Below are positions 12,627 through 26,519 of a stretch of DNA of 64,000 nucleotides, piece by piece. Source of the stretch: Octopus vulgaris (Eukaryota); assembly GCA_951406725.2 (NCBI GenBank), contig OX597831.1:24242001-24306000 (forward strand), read 5' to 3'. The notes under the pieces were generated by a model. The model had not been told where the DNA came from and searched no databases. It was given only the letters and a program-made list of their open reading frames with translations. A program made the translations under genes and the position numbers. Numbering within the stretch: position 1 is the stretch's first letter; the number at the start of each line of letters is the position of its first letter.

Positions 12627-13187
12627 TCATCATCATCATCATCATCGTTTAGCGTCCGTTTTCCATGCTAGCATGTGTTGGACGGGTCAACTGGGGTCTG
12701 TGAAGCTGGAAGGCTTCGTCAGGCCCAGTCAGATCTGGCAGTGTTTCTACGGCTGGATGCCCTTCCTAACGCCAACCACTCCGCGAGTGTAGTGGGTGTT
12801 TTTTACGTGCCACCTGCACAGGTGCCAGACAGAGCTGGCGAACGGCCACGAACGGATGGTGCTTTTACGTGTCACCGGCACGGGGCCAGGTGATGCTGGC
12901 AACGGACACGAACGGATGGTGCTTTACGTGCCACCGACACGGGGCCAGACAGAGCTGGCAACCGGCCACGAACGGACGGTGCTTTTACGTGTCACCGGCA
13001 CGGGGCCAGCCGAGGCTGGCAACGGACACGGACGGAGATGGTGCTTTTACGTGCCACCGACACGGGGCCAGACAGAGCTGGCAAACGGCCACGAACGGAT
13101 GGTGCTTTTACGTGTCACCGGCACGGGGGCCAGCCGAGGCTGGCAACGGACGCGAACAGATGGTGCTTTTACGTGCCACCGACACGG
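12627..13187 (-). mobile_element. RTE-type LINE 3' end (family C) with expanded GC-rich minisatellite of about 59 bp
   Basis: (GAT)n tail on minus, shared ggttggcgttaggaagggcatccagc block, about 7 tandem units. Confidence 0.8.
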
Positions 13188-13217
13188 TTATACATATATA
13201 TACATATACATATATGC

Positions 13218-13248
<31 letters not shown>

Positions 13249-13389
13249 CATATACACACATATATATATAAATATACATATATATACATATACACATATA
13301 TACATATGTATATATATATATATACACACATATATACATATGTATATATACATATATACATATGTACATATATATACACACATATATAC

Positions 13390-13425
<36 letters not shown>

Positions 13426-13624
13426 CCTCGTTATGGCTTAACAGCCCTCACCGTTTGTTCGTACTGTCCTGTTTTTGTTACTACTGTAACCCTCTGCAAA
13501 AGATTCCATTGTTACTGATGTGCTTGTTTCTCATTTTGTTCACATATTTTTGACGTCCTGTACCCTTATATGCATGTATATATATACATATATATGTAGG
13601 CATGTACATGTATATGTGTATATA

Positions 13625-13671
<47 letters not shown>

Positions 13672-13789
13672 ATATATATAAATATATATATTATTTATAT
13701 TATATTATATATACATATATATATATATAAGGCAGCAAACTGGCAGAAACATTAGCACGCCAGGTGAAAAGCTTAGTGGTATTTCGCCA

Positions 13790-14523
13790 GTCTACCTCTT
13801 CTAGCTTGATCCCCTGACAGTTGATGGAGTTTATTTTCCGCACATGTTCAGTATGTGTCCCTTCCACATAAAAAGATAGTTTCTCTGTTAACCTTCCTTT
13901 GATGTTGCTGCACCTTTTGTGTGTCCAAAGCTTAAACTCGGTGCATCTTATGGAGTTTATCATTTCTTTACTGCCAACAAGGGGCTACACACAGAGGGGA
14001 CAAATAAGGACAGACAAATGGATTAAGTCGGTTATATGAACCCCAGTGCATAACTGGTACTTATTTAATTGACCCCGAAAGGATGAAAGGTAAAGTTGAC
14101 CTCGGCAGAATTTGAACTCAGAACATAGCGGCAGACGAAATACTGCTAAGCATTTCGCCCGGCATGCTAACGTTTCTGCCAGCTCGCCAACTTTTGGAGT
14201 TTCTCCATCTTATGAAATTTCTACCTACACCTTTTCTACAGCTTGAGCAGGGCTATGTACCTGAAAGTATTTGTGATTTGGTTGCCTTCCTACTTACTAA
14301 GACTTTAGTTTTTGCTAAGTTAACTCTAAGGCCCTTTGAATCTAGACATTGTTTCCATACCTGGAACTTCTTCTCTAGCTCAGGTAGTGATTCAGCTATA
14401 AGCGCAAATTCATCAACATAGAGGAGTTCCCAGAGGCAGCCTGTCTTAAATACCTCTGTTATTGCCTTGAGGACTGTGATGAACAGGAGGGGGCTGAGCA
14501 CTGATCCCTGGTGAACCCCTACT
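13790..14523 (-). pseudogene. RTE-clade LINE reverse transcriptase fragment with downstream Cys/His motif, split by a SINE B (13962-14190)
   Basis: VGVHQGSVLSPLLF...ELLYVDE (YADD-like)...GLRVNLAKTKV...*PCSSCRKGVGRN / NSIRCTEFKLWTHKRCSNIKGRL; catcttatg(g/a)a duplicated across the SINE. Confidence 0.9.
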
Positions 14524-15188
14524 TGTGTTTTGTTAGTTCATGGGCTGGCTGCACTTATACTGATAGTGTCCCTTTACAAGTGCACTTAGCATTAAAACAC
14601 TAGAATGTCATAGACAAGAGAGGTAACTCATACTGAATCCCATTCAAGAGCAATAGACATCAATGTTTCCTCATTTTTGTGATTTATCAATATTGCATAC
14701 ATGAAACAAGGCCCAAAGCAAACTAAATCGCTGTCTATGATTGTGTAAAAATTCTAATATGTATGTAAATGTTGAACAATGGGACTGAATGCTCAACACC
14801 ACATTGGTGGATAAAATTTCTATATTTGTGTATTAAAGCTACCACTGATTTCATGTTGAGCAAATTATCTTGATATCCTAACGATTCTTCAAATCGATCA
14901 CATGGATAAATGGTGTTCGTCTCCACATATATAAAATATCGAACACACATACACATGGTATGTGTTTTGTTAGTTCATGGGCTGGCTGCACTTATAGGGG
15001 TAAGAGAATATATTCTCATTAGTGCACTTAGCATTAAAACACTAGAAAGTCATAGACAAGAGAGGTAACTCATACTGAATCCCATTCAAGAGCAATAGAC
15101 ATCAATGTTTCCTCATTTTTGTGATTTATCAATATTGCATACATGAAACAAGGCCCAAAGCAAACTAAATCGCTGTCTATGATTGTGT
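14524..15188. repeat. Direct repeat pair of about 225 bp (14524-14746, 14961-15188)
   Basis: Identical except one substitution and a replaced 19/24-nt internal segment. Confidence 0.95.
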
Positions 15189-15736
15189 GTGTGTGTGTGT
15201 GTGTGTGTGGGGGAGGTGATGGTGTTTGTTTTTGTCATCGTATTTGTGTCTGTTCCCCCATCCTATGTTGGTTTGCTTACATCCCCATAACTTCACACTA
15301 CAATAAAGGGCTTGATAAAATATGTACCAATTTTTTAAAAAACAATTACTGGGTTTGGTTTGTGTGAGTAAACCCTTCAAGATGGTGCCCCAGCATGGCC
15401 ACAGTTGAATAACTGAAACAAGTAGAGATGGGAAGATAAAAGATAAGCATTTGATCAATGTTTTGTTGGTATTTCCTCAGTAACATTTGATATAAGTGAC
15501 AATATGGAAGCCAAACATAATGCATATCCTTGTGATGAGGCTGAGAAAGTCTAGAAGCAATTGATGATGGATCTAAGAACTTTATTGTTCCATATAAATT
15601 GCCAAGAGCTTATAAAGAAATACAAAGAAAAAATATTTAATAAAAAATAACAGAGGGATATAGTTATGTTTTCCATAACACACACACACATATATATGTA
15701 TGATATTCACAAACACATTTATGTATGTATACACAT

Positions 15737-15773
<37 letters not shown>

Positions 15774-15811
15774 GTTAGATAGATGTATAGGTAGATAGAT
15801 AGATACATGTG

Positions 15812-15880
<69 letters not shown>

Positions 15881-17331
15881 ATAGAGAGAGAAAGTGAAAG
15901 AAAGAGATATACACACCCACATACATGCCTATATATGTGGGTATAAATATTGTATATGAATATATGTACATACATGCATATATATATGTGTGTGTGTGTA
16001 AGTGTGCATATATGTATGTGTGCATATAAGCGTATATACACACACACAGAAACATTATATTTGCATTGTGTATTGCTTTCATATTTCAATCTTTTTGTCT
16101 CCAAAGACATAAGAGGCAAAAAAACACAAAAAAATAAAAACCTCTTAATTTTCTAAAAGGTAGCAACAAAATGCAAAATGCAAAAAGAAAAAAAAAAATA
16201 AGAAAGAACAATAAAAAACATTAAATAAGATTAATAAGCGTTGAAAGAATCTAAAAATAAAGACTCTCGGATGAAAAGAAAACAACAAAATAACAGAAAC
16301 AAGTATCTAGATCATTCTTTGAGAACCGAATTTTAAAGGCGCCATCACTTTATGTATGTAGTTACTCATTTTTGTAATATACATTTTATTTTTGCTTTAT
16401 AGTATTTTCATTATATAATGTTGGTAAATAGAGACATCTAGTGGTAGGAACAGAGAAAAATATAAGCGCGTGTCCTTTGTTGCTATTGTTTTTTTGGTTT
16501 TTTTTTTTGCTGATGTAGTAGATATTATTCATTTTTTGTTGTTTTTATTTTTGTTTTTTTTTTTCTACAGGGGTAGTGGTTTTTGTCTCCTTGTATTAAG
16601 TTTTTCTTTCGTCTGCTTCCTCTCCTGGCTATGACAGTTTTAGAAGTCATGCTTAGTATTTGGGTGGGGTGGGGGGTATTTTTTTCATTTCTTTTCTTTT
16701 TGTGAATTTTCATTTTACACTTATTGTTTTGTTTTTTTTGTTATTGTCAGGAATTTTTGCAGAAGCTGGCAAGCGATTTGTTTTGTTTCAAAATTCTTTT
16801 GTTGTTATTATATATAATAACAAACACTTCATGTTTATTACTATAAGCAGAGATGCACAGATATATAGCTTCCCACACACCATCAGAGACATGCTGTAAC
16901 TTCAGTAAATTTCATCATGGCCACACCTTTTGCACAGAACATGTCACATGTCACCTGTCATATGACATATCTACTTCCAGATTCAGACATGTCTTCACCC
17001 TGTATTACTTAAAGTGAACAGAAAGCTTTAGGAATGTAAAAGAAAGCTTTGGGCATACCACATTATCAGAAAACAAAATCACATTATACCTCCAAACTGT
17101 TTTCTCATTAAGATTAATCATACTTTTGCAAGCAAAAAAAAAAAGAAGAAAAGAGAAATCCATAAATAGCTGTGAGCCCATTGTGCTTCATTTATTGAAG
17201 TGTTTGCAAAAACTTAACGAGCTTTTGTCAGTTACTGCCAGGTGCCGCCTTTCAGCTAACGAGACAACTTTCAGTCAACAATATCCAAGAATTGGGAGAA
17301 ATTTTTGTACACTACATTATGGTATTCCATT

Positions 17332-17738
17332 TCACTTGATTCAGTCATTTGACTGTGGCCATGCTGGAGCACCGCCTTTAGTCGACCAAATCGACCCCAG
17401 GACTTATTCTTTGTAAGCCTAGTATTTATTCTATCGGTCTCTTTTGCCAAATTGCTAAGTTATGGGGACGTAAACACACTAGCATTGGTTGTCAAGTGAT
17501 GTTGGGGGGACAAACACAGACACACAAACATATACACACACATACATACATATATATATATATATACATTCATACAACAGGCTTCTTTCAGTTTCCATCT
17601 ACCAAATCCACTTACAAGGCTTTGGTCGAACCAAGGCTAGAGTAGAAGACACTTGCCCAAGGTGTCACACAGTAGGACTGAATCTGGAACCATCTGGTTC
17701 GTTAGCAAGCTACTTACCACACAGCCACACCTACGCCC
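17332..17738 (-). mobile_element. SINE family A
   Basis: Full match to family A. Confidence 0.92.
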
Positions 17739-17799
17739 ATAGAATTTTATAGCAACCTAAAGAAATGTATCCTAATAATATGTTCTTTTTCATTCAAAT

Positions 17800-18138
17800 A
17801 AGGCAGTGAGCTGGCAGAATTGTTAGCATGCGAGGCAAAATGTTTAGCAGCATTTCCTCCTTCAATATGTTCTGAGTTCAAATTCTGCTGGGGTTGACTT
17901 TGTCTTTCCTCCCATTTGGGGGTCAGTAAAATAAGTACTATTTGAAAGATCCTGAACTGGCAGAATGCTTAGCAGCATTTTGTCCATCTTCAAGTTCTGA
18001 GATCAAACACCAACAGGGGTTAACTTTGTCGTTCAGCCTTCCGAAGTCAATAATATAAGTACCAGTTGAACACTAGGGTTGATGGAATCAACTTAACACC
18101 ACCCCTGAAAATGCTGGCCTTGTGCCAAAATTTGAAAT
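17800..18138 (+). mobile_element. Two degenerate SINE B units
   Basis: gagctggcagaat head and ttctgag(t/a)tcaaa repeated. Confidence 0.75.
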
Positions 18139-18182
18139 CAAAAATAAATTTTTTCTCATTCAAATAAAAAATTTGTGATTAT

Positions 18183-19050
<868 letters not shown>

Positions 19051-19094
19051 TATTTTTTGTTCATTCTGTCCATACTGTTCATTCTGTTCATACT

Positions 19095-19495
19095 GTACAT
19101 GGCTGTTTCCTGCACCAGCTTCACATAGAAGCCCCAGCCCATCCAAAGTGCCTTGGATCGTTGATGGCCTGCTGTGCTTACCTTAGAGTGTAGGGCGACC
19201 TGCTGTGCTTGAGGAGACCTATTAAGTCAAGTACATCAACATCAAAATAATCAAATGGAAATTGTAGTTGTGATACAGGTGCCAGGGGAAGCTGGCACTG
19301 TGCCAGTGGCATGTAAAAAGCACCCACTACACTCACGGAGTGGTTGACATTAGGAAGGGCATCCAGCTGTAGAAACACTGCCAGATCAGACTGGAGCTTG
19401 GTGTGCAGCCTCCTGGCTTCCCAGACCTTGGTCGAACCGTCCAATCCATGCTAGCATGGAAAACGGCCTTTAAACAATGATGATGATGATGATGT
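19095..19495 (+). mobile_element. RTE-type LINE 3' end (family C)
   Basis: Shared block and (GAT)n tail. Confidence 0.8.
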
Positions 19496-19592
19496 CCCTT
19501 GATGCCAAAAAAAAACAAAAAAAACGTGTGTATTACTTTATTTTTAAATACCCAGAGTGACGATTCTATAAACACAAAGATTTCCAGCAATT

Positions 19593-19927
19593 TCATCATC
19601 ATCATCATCATTGTTTAACGTCTGTTCTCCATGCTAGCATGGGTTGGACAGTTCGACCGGGGATCTGGGAAGCCAGAAGGCTGCACCAGGCTCCGGTCTG
19701 ATCTGGCAATGTTTCTACAGCTGGATGCCCTTCCAAACGCCAACCACTCCGTGAGTGTAGTGGGTGCATTTTACGTGCCACCTGCACGGAAGCCAGTCGA
19801 GGCAGCACTGGCTTCGGCCACGGTCGGATTGGTGCATTTTACGTGCCACCTGCACGGAAGCCAGTCGAGGCGGCACTGGCTTCAGCCATGATTCGGATGG
19901 TGCTTTTTACGTGCCACCAACACGGCA
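19593..19927 (-). mobile_element. RTE-type LINE 3' end (family C), inverted relative to its neighbour
   Basis: (CAT)n start, shared block, about 3 minisatellite units. Confidence 0.8.
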
Positions 19928-20331
19928 TTTAATTACTTAAATTAGATCGTTATTTTTGTTGGAAAGATTTCTCTGTCATGTCGTACCCTTGTGTCATTTA
20001 ATATATTTTTATGTAACATTATCTAAACTTGCTATGAAATGACCACTGTCTCCATTTCAAATCAGCCATGTGTTGCTCCATTAACCTTTTCGTTTTCATC
20101 CCCCTTAAATCTCAACAACAGTTTTATACTTCATACCTATTTCAGCAACAACAGCTGGTACAACCACTTATCGCCATCTTATGATATTAGAATTATTTTA
20201 TGGTTTCATTTTATGTTTATACTAACATTCATTTCTTTCTCTTTGTTTCGTTTTTTTTCTTTAAATGGTGACTTTGTTTTTCATTTCTGTAGAGAGGGAG
20301 AACATTTAGTCACAAACACCACACACACATA

Positions 20332-20388
<57 letters not shown>

Positions 20389-20900
20389 CTGTATGTAGAT
20401 ACGTCCATAGATGCATGCATGCATGCATATGTATTCAATCATCTGCTTTATGTCCATTTTTTTAATGTCAGCATGGGTCGGATGAATACTTATTCTTCAG
20501 GCTTCATTTTATAACGGGATGTCCTTCCTGCCACTAATCCAAAACCTGTGTTTCAAGTTAAGGATTTTATATTTCCTGTGTCTTTGAAAGTGCAGAGTAA
20601 CAGGACAGTTTCTTAACTGGGAGCGCCAACATAATATTGCCATTATTTTTGTTCTGACAGTTTCTTACAAAGATTCATAATGCAAATGTTCACACAAACA
20701 CATACACACACACTCACTCACACACACACATGCACACACAAGCACAGACACACACATAGAGATACACTATATATACATATGTATATATATATATATATTT
20801 ATATGTAAATATATATATAAACTATATATTTATATGTGAAGATACACACACACACACATAGACACACACATACAGATATACTACATATACATATGTATAT

Positions 20901-20953
<53 letters not shown>

Positions 20954-21000
20954 ACATATTTATAGGTAAATATATATATACTACATATTTATATGTAAAG

Positions 21001-21038
<38 letters not shown>

Positions 21039-21774
21039 ACACACACAGACACACACACATATATATATATATAGAGAGAGAGAAACAGAGAGAGAGAGAC
21101 AGAGAGAGAGAAAGAAAGTGGAAGATAAAGATAGGGAGAGAGAAAAAAATTGTCCATGTTGCAATCCATACATAAAAGCTCAGCCCAAAATAATGATATC
21201 CTAGAGATTGCTTTGAGGACGGATATTATTGTTATTTCAAAGGTCTTTCTTCACTCTCGGTAAAAGAAGAAAGAATATTATCACTTAGTAAGCAATACAA
21301 GAATGATATTTCATGGACGCCTATCATTAGATCATATCTCCATATCTGTGTGTGTGTGTGTGTGTGTACATGTGTGTATTTATATATGCATGCACATGTA
21401 GCATATACATATATGCCTGTGAGTATGTGCACACACATACACACATACACACACGTGCACACACACTTTTTATTACACAGATACACACAAAAATATATCT
21501 TTTATCTTTAATTTTCCTTCTAACTGTTTTGGTCATTAGACAGTAACCATTCCGGGGCAGCGCCGCCTTCAAGGACCTTTTAGTCAAATGAATTGACTCC
21601 ACTGCTTGTCTTTTCTTAAGCCTGATCCTTATTTCTATCAGTCTCTTTTTGCCAAACCACTAAGTTACAAGGACATTAGCAAACCAACACCGAATGTCAA
21701 GTGGTGGTGAACAAACACAGAAACAAAGACACATACACACACAATACTTGCACACACACACACACACACACATC

Positions 21775-21955
21775 CATGCTTGTAAGACATACATTAGTTT
21801 GTATATCTGCCTGAACACATGCATATATATGCATATATATATATACACATGCACATATACATGCATACACACACACATGCATAGACAAACAGAAACATGT
21901 GTATAATATTCATGTATTAGTTTGTGCAGCTGCCTGTACACACACACACGTGTGC

Positions 21956-21986
<31 letters not shown>

Positions 21987-22548
21987 CATGCATACATATG
22001 CACAGCCACACACACAGAGACACATACATACATGTATATAATATTAATATATTCGTTTGTGTATCTCTCTGTGCACGTGCGTACACACACATGCATATAT
22101 ACATAAATATATATACATCCATGCTTGCACACATATACATAACCGCACACATACAAACACACACACACACACATGCATGTATATAATATTAAGATATTAG
22201 TCTGTGTATCTCCCTGCACACACACACACATCCATATATCCATAAATATATATACATGCATACATATACATAATTACACATACACATATACATAATGCAT
22301 ATATATATATATATATATATGCATAAATATATATACATACACACACATATGCATAACCACACCAGATACATGCATGTATATAATATTAAGATATTAGTCA
22401 GTGTATCTCCCAGCACACACACACATGCATATATGCATAAATATATATATACACGCATACATACACACACATACACACACACACATATACACATAAATAT
22501 ATATATACATGCATATATGCACACATATACATAACCACACACACACAG

Positions 22549-22560
<12 letters not shown>
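21775..22560. repeat. Degenerate minisatellite built from microsatellite sequence (about 5 units of 120-200 bp)
   Basis: Anchor gtatataatattaagatattagtc(t/a)gtgtatctccc recurs near 21900, 22034, 22179 and 22376, with a remnant near 21790. Confidence 0.8.
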
Positions 22561-22600
<40 letters not shown>

Positions 22601-22919
22601 TATATATATATAATAAATATATATATATATACATGCACACACACACACACATACAGGCTATCACTACATACTTTTACAGACACTATCAATGAGATCCAGT
22701 TTGATTAAAGCAGTTTTTATCACTTCATGAGTTTTATTTAGCTGCCATAATTAAGACTATCCTCAAGTGCTATGATTCTTAATCTAAACATTGCCTATAC
22801 GATATCATATAATAGTTACTGATAAACATATCTGTGTTAACGCATCTGTGCTTTCGTGTTTGTATATGCTATAGTTTTTTGTTAATTGCAATTAATACTT
22901 AATCTGATTACTTATCAGA

Positions 22920-23252
22920 CACATGAATCCAGGTTCAGTTCTACTGTGTTGCACCTTGGACAAGTGTCTTTCACTGTACACTCGGGCTGACCAAAGCCTT
23001 GTGAGTAGATTTGGTGGATGGAAACAGAAAGAAGCCCATCATATATATATATATGTGTGATAGATTGTTAGCCACTACACATTTTTTTCTCTCCTTGTTT
23101 CTCTCCTTCTTTCTTTTGTGTTCGTTTCTGTGGAGGAGCATAGGCTCGAAACATAAAAGACTTTTTCAACTCCCGAGCGTTATACTAATACATCTGTTTG
23201 TTTTCTACACCACCTGTCTTCGTCTTTTTTTTTTTTGTGAATTCTTCCCCTA
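22920..23252 (+). mobile_element. SINE A 5' half followed by PLE-like element E1 (23058-23252)
   Basis: tttCTGTGGAggagcataggctcGAAACAT; homologous to 6682-6890. Confidence 0.75.
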
Positions 23253-23477
23253 TATATATATATATAATTACGAGTATAATTATAATTAGGGTTCAGCAAA
23301 GTTTGTTTCACCGCATACCAAAATTTAGAAATAGCAGTTAAACTACTATTTCACTACCATAAAAAAATGGTTCTTTTAACATACTGAACTACATGGTAAA
23401 ATTATTAATTATTAATTAATTAATTAATTAATTAATTTTACCCTTTATTATTATTATTATATATATGTGTGTGTGTG

Positions 23478-23669
23478 TGATGTGTTGTGAATTTATGGAA
23501 AGATATCCCATAAAACTCAACAATTTTGTTAAAAATGGAGAAGAGAAGACATTAAAATATATAAGAGAATTTTAAAATTCTCTTATATGTTTTAACATTT
23601 TCCCTTCTCCATTTTAAACAAAATTGTTGAGTTTTATGGGATTTCTTACCATAAATTCACAACACATCA
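23478..23669. repeat. Spacerless imperfect palindrome, 96-bp arms
   Basis: Centre gagaatttt|aaaattctc; arms pair out to tgatgtgttgtg / cacaacacatca. Confidence 0.92.
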
Positions 23670-23792
23670 TATACAAGTATTATTTTTATAGTCATAAACT
23701 TATGCCTGTAAACTCCCTGCAAAATATGAGGAATCAATATCAGAAATCTTTTTTGGAAACCTCCAAATTAGTGAACGAATCTAATTCAACCT

Positions 23793-24096
23793 TCACCTGC
23801 ACAGGAGCGAGGCCATTGCCAGTGCTGCTGGAATAGCTCCTGTGCAGGTGGCACGTAAAAAACACCATTTGAGCGTGGCTGTTGCCAGTACCGCCTGACT
23901 GATCCTCATGCCGGTGGCACATAAAGGCACCCACTACACCCTCAGAGTGGTTGGCATTAGGAAGGGCATCCAGCTGTAGAAACTCTGCCAGATCAAGATT
24001 GGAGCCTGGTGCAGCTATCTGGTTTGCCAGTCCTCAGTCAAATCATTCAACCCATACTAGCATGGAAAGTAGATGTTAAACGATGATGATGATGAT
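23793..24096 (+). mobile_element. RTE-type LINE 3' end (family C)
   Basis: Shared block, (GAT)n tail. Confidence 0.8.
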
Positions 24097-24137
24097 AATA
24101 TATACGATATATATATATGTATATATATATATATGTA

Positions 24138-24185
<48 letters not shown>

Positions 24186-24840
24186 TGGAGAAGCGAAACG
24201 AATATATATATATATATACACATAGATACATACACATATATGTGTGTGTGTGTCTGTGTGTCTTTGTGTTTGCTGTGTTTGTTCCCCCGTCCACCATTTG
24301 AGAACTGGTGTTGGTACATTTACATCATGTAACTGAGAAGTTAGGCAAAAGTGACCAGTAGAACAAGTACCAGGCTTAAAACAAAAAAATTCTGGGACCG
24401 ATTAATTTGGCCAAAAGTTCTTCAAAGTGGTGCCCCAGCATGGCCACAGTCTTATGACCAAAACAAGAAAAAGATTTAAGATACTTTTTAATTTAGTTGT
24501 GTATCTTTTTTTTTAACACACCCAGATCACTAAAATCTGAAACTTTGGATATGTATAATGAACATTTGGTACTCAATAATAAGTTTTAAGTTCTCAAATT
24601 TGATGCCACAGTGTAAACTCAAATTCTATTTTTATGTTTTATTCTTATTTATATATTTTATGTGGGGCTAGAATCAGTGAAGAAATTGTTTGTAAAATAG
24701 TGTCAAATATCTGAACAAACTATTTTTATCAGAGTAAGAATAAGAAAATATTACCTGAAATTGCATTTAGTTGAACATTTTCTCATCTTATGACAAGTAT
24801 AAAAATCAACTGGAGTTAAAAAATATCTCTGCTGTTTTAA

Positions 24841-25043
24841 CCCTTTCGTTACTGTATTTATTTTGATATGCTCTGTGTTTCTTTCAATTGAATTTAGTAA
24901 AATAACTTAGTTATCATTCAGCTAGCGTTAGGAACATAAATTGTGATTAAGGTTTGGTGGAAGATTTTAATTCAAAACTTATGTAAACAAGACATTTGTA
25001 CTCAGAGCCAGAGCTGGTTTCAACTGGGTTGGTAACAAAAGGG
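24841..25043 (+). mobile_element. piggyBac-like MITE P1 monomer
   Basis: TTAA|CCCTTTCGTTAC...GTAACAAAAGGG|TTAA. Confidence 0.88.
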
Positions 25044-25456
25044 TTAAGTGTAATATTTAAGTGTTGTTGCTTCAGTTTAGTTTTGAAGTATAAAGTAGAT
25101 GAGAGATAGATTTTCTTCTGAATAGGTGCTGGTGCCCCTGTGAAAAGCACCAAGGCCACTCTGTAAAGTGGTTGGCATTAGGAAGGGCATCCAGCTGTAA
25201 GAAGCACAGCAAAACACGGAGTGAAACATGGTGTGGTCTTCTGACTTGCCAGCTCCTGTCAAACCATCCGAGCCATGGCAGTACACAAAACAGTCATTAA
25301 ATGACGATGATGATCATGATAATGTTAAGGGTCTATCTTGTACCTCATAATGCAAAGAGCTTAGGGAGCTGAGGAACAACTAGGAAACAAAATGCTTTCA
25401 TCTAATACACAATTAAATGCCGGCAGTGAACTAGAAACTCTGGCCTAGCAGTGAGG

Positions 25457-25685
25457 TCAGTGAGCTGGCCGAAACGTTAGCACGCTGGGCAAAATGCTAA
25501 GCGGTATTTCATCTGCCATTATATTCTGAGTTCAAATTCAAAGGTCGACTTTGCCTTTCATCCTTTCAGAATCAATAAATTAAGTACCAGTTATGCACTG
25601 GAGTCAATGCAATTGACTTAATTCCTGTGTCTGTCCTTGTTTGTCCCCTCTATGTTTAGCCCCTTGTGGGCAATAAAGAAATAAG
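25457..25685 (+). mobile_element. SINE family B
   Basis: Family match; agaaactctg(g/a)cctag duplicated upstream and downstream. Confidence 0.88.
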
Positions 25686-26424
25686 AAACTCTGACCTAGA
25701 ATCTCACAGACCAATATTAAACCCACTTCCTTTTTTTAATGTCTGCTACAGAATATCTAAAATAGATTGTGGTTTTCAGTAAACCAAGGAATCCATTCTC
25801 AAGTGTGTATGTGTATTTTGGACATTGTTCGGTAAAAAACAGCCAAAATAGGACATTTCTGATGCTGTATCTGGTTCATCAAAAAAATTACCTGGGGTTA
25901 AACAAAGAAGTAAAAAGCAGAAAAGCTATCATCACTGCTGCTAACATAGTTTTACTTCCCACTAGAAATAATAGTCAAACTTTCCTCAAATCACACACAT
26001 CCTACAATATTAAAAAAACATATGTAAACACTGGAAGATATTGTCCCAGAATGATAGCACAGTCACAGATCTGTTCAAAACGGGACTGACCTCGGGCTAC
26101 ACAACAACAACAGCAACAACAACAAATCTCTCCATACTTTCATTCATTTATTAAACACCATATAAAAGGGACTTGTTTTTATATACTTTTATTTTTCATT
26201 ATTTTTTATTATTTTAAATATCTATTTTTAATTTTCCTTGTTATTTACTACCAACTACATTTAACAATATCAAAGTCGTCTTTCATTGTACATTTACAAC
26301 GTCTACACGAAGACTATATCGAAGTATATTAGCGAATGTATCATAGTTGTTTGACAAAGGACTTTAATACTGTTAACAGTAGGAAATAAAGAATTTACAC
26401 ATACAGATATATATATATATACAT

Positions 26425-26457
<33 letters not shown>

Positions 26458-26519
26458 CACACATACAAACATAAATAATATGTATGTGTGTACATACATA
26501 TACATACATACACAAATAC

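Noticed and set aside
12794-13187. CRISPR-like array or 240-aa repeat protein
   Set aside because: No unique spacers, eukaryotic context; it is a minisatellite inside a dispersed retroelement.
16662-16676. G-quadruplex-like G runs (also 9516-9535)
   Set aside because: Too few well-separated G-tracts and no independent support.
21290-21330. Further hammerhead-like strings (also about 2163, 8332, 33102)
   Set aside because: Core or stems too degenerate to call individually.
26366-26382. miR-8/200-like start TAATACTGT
   Set aside because: The remainder does not match; it is a 14-bp palindrome tactgttaacagta without a precursor.
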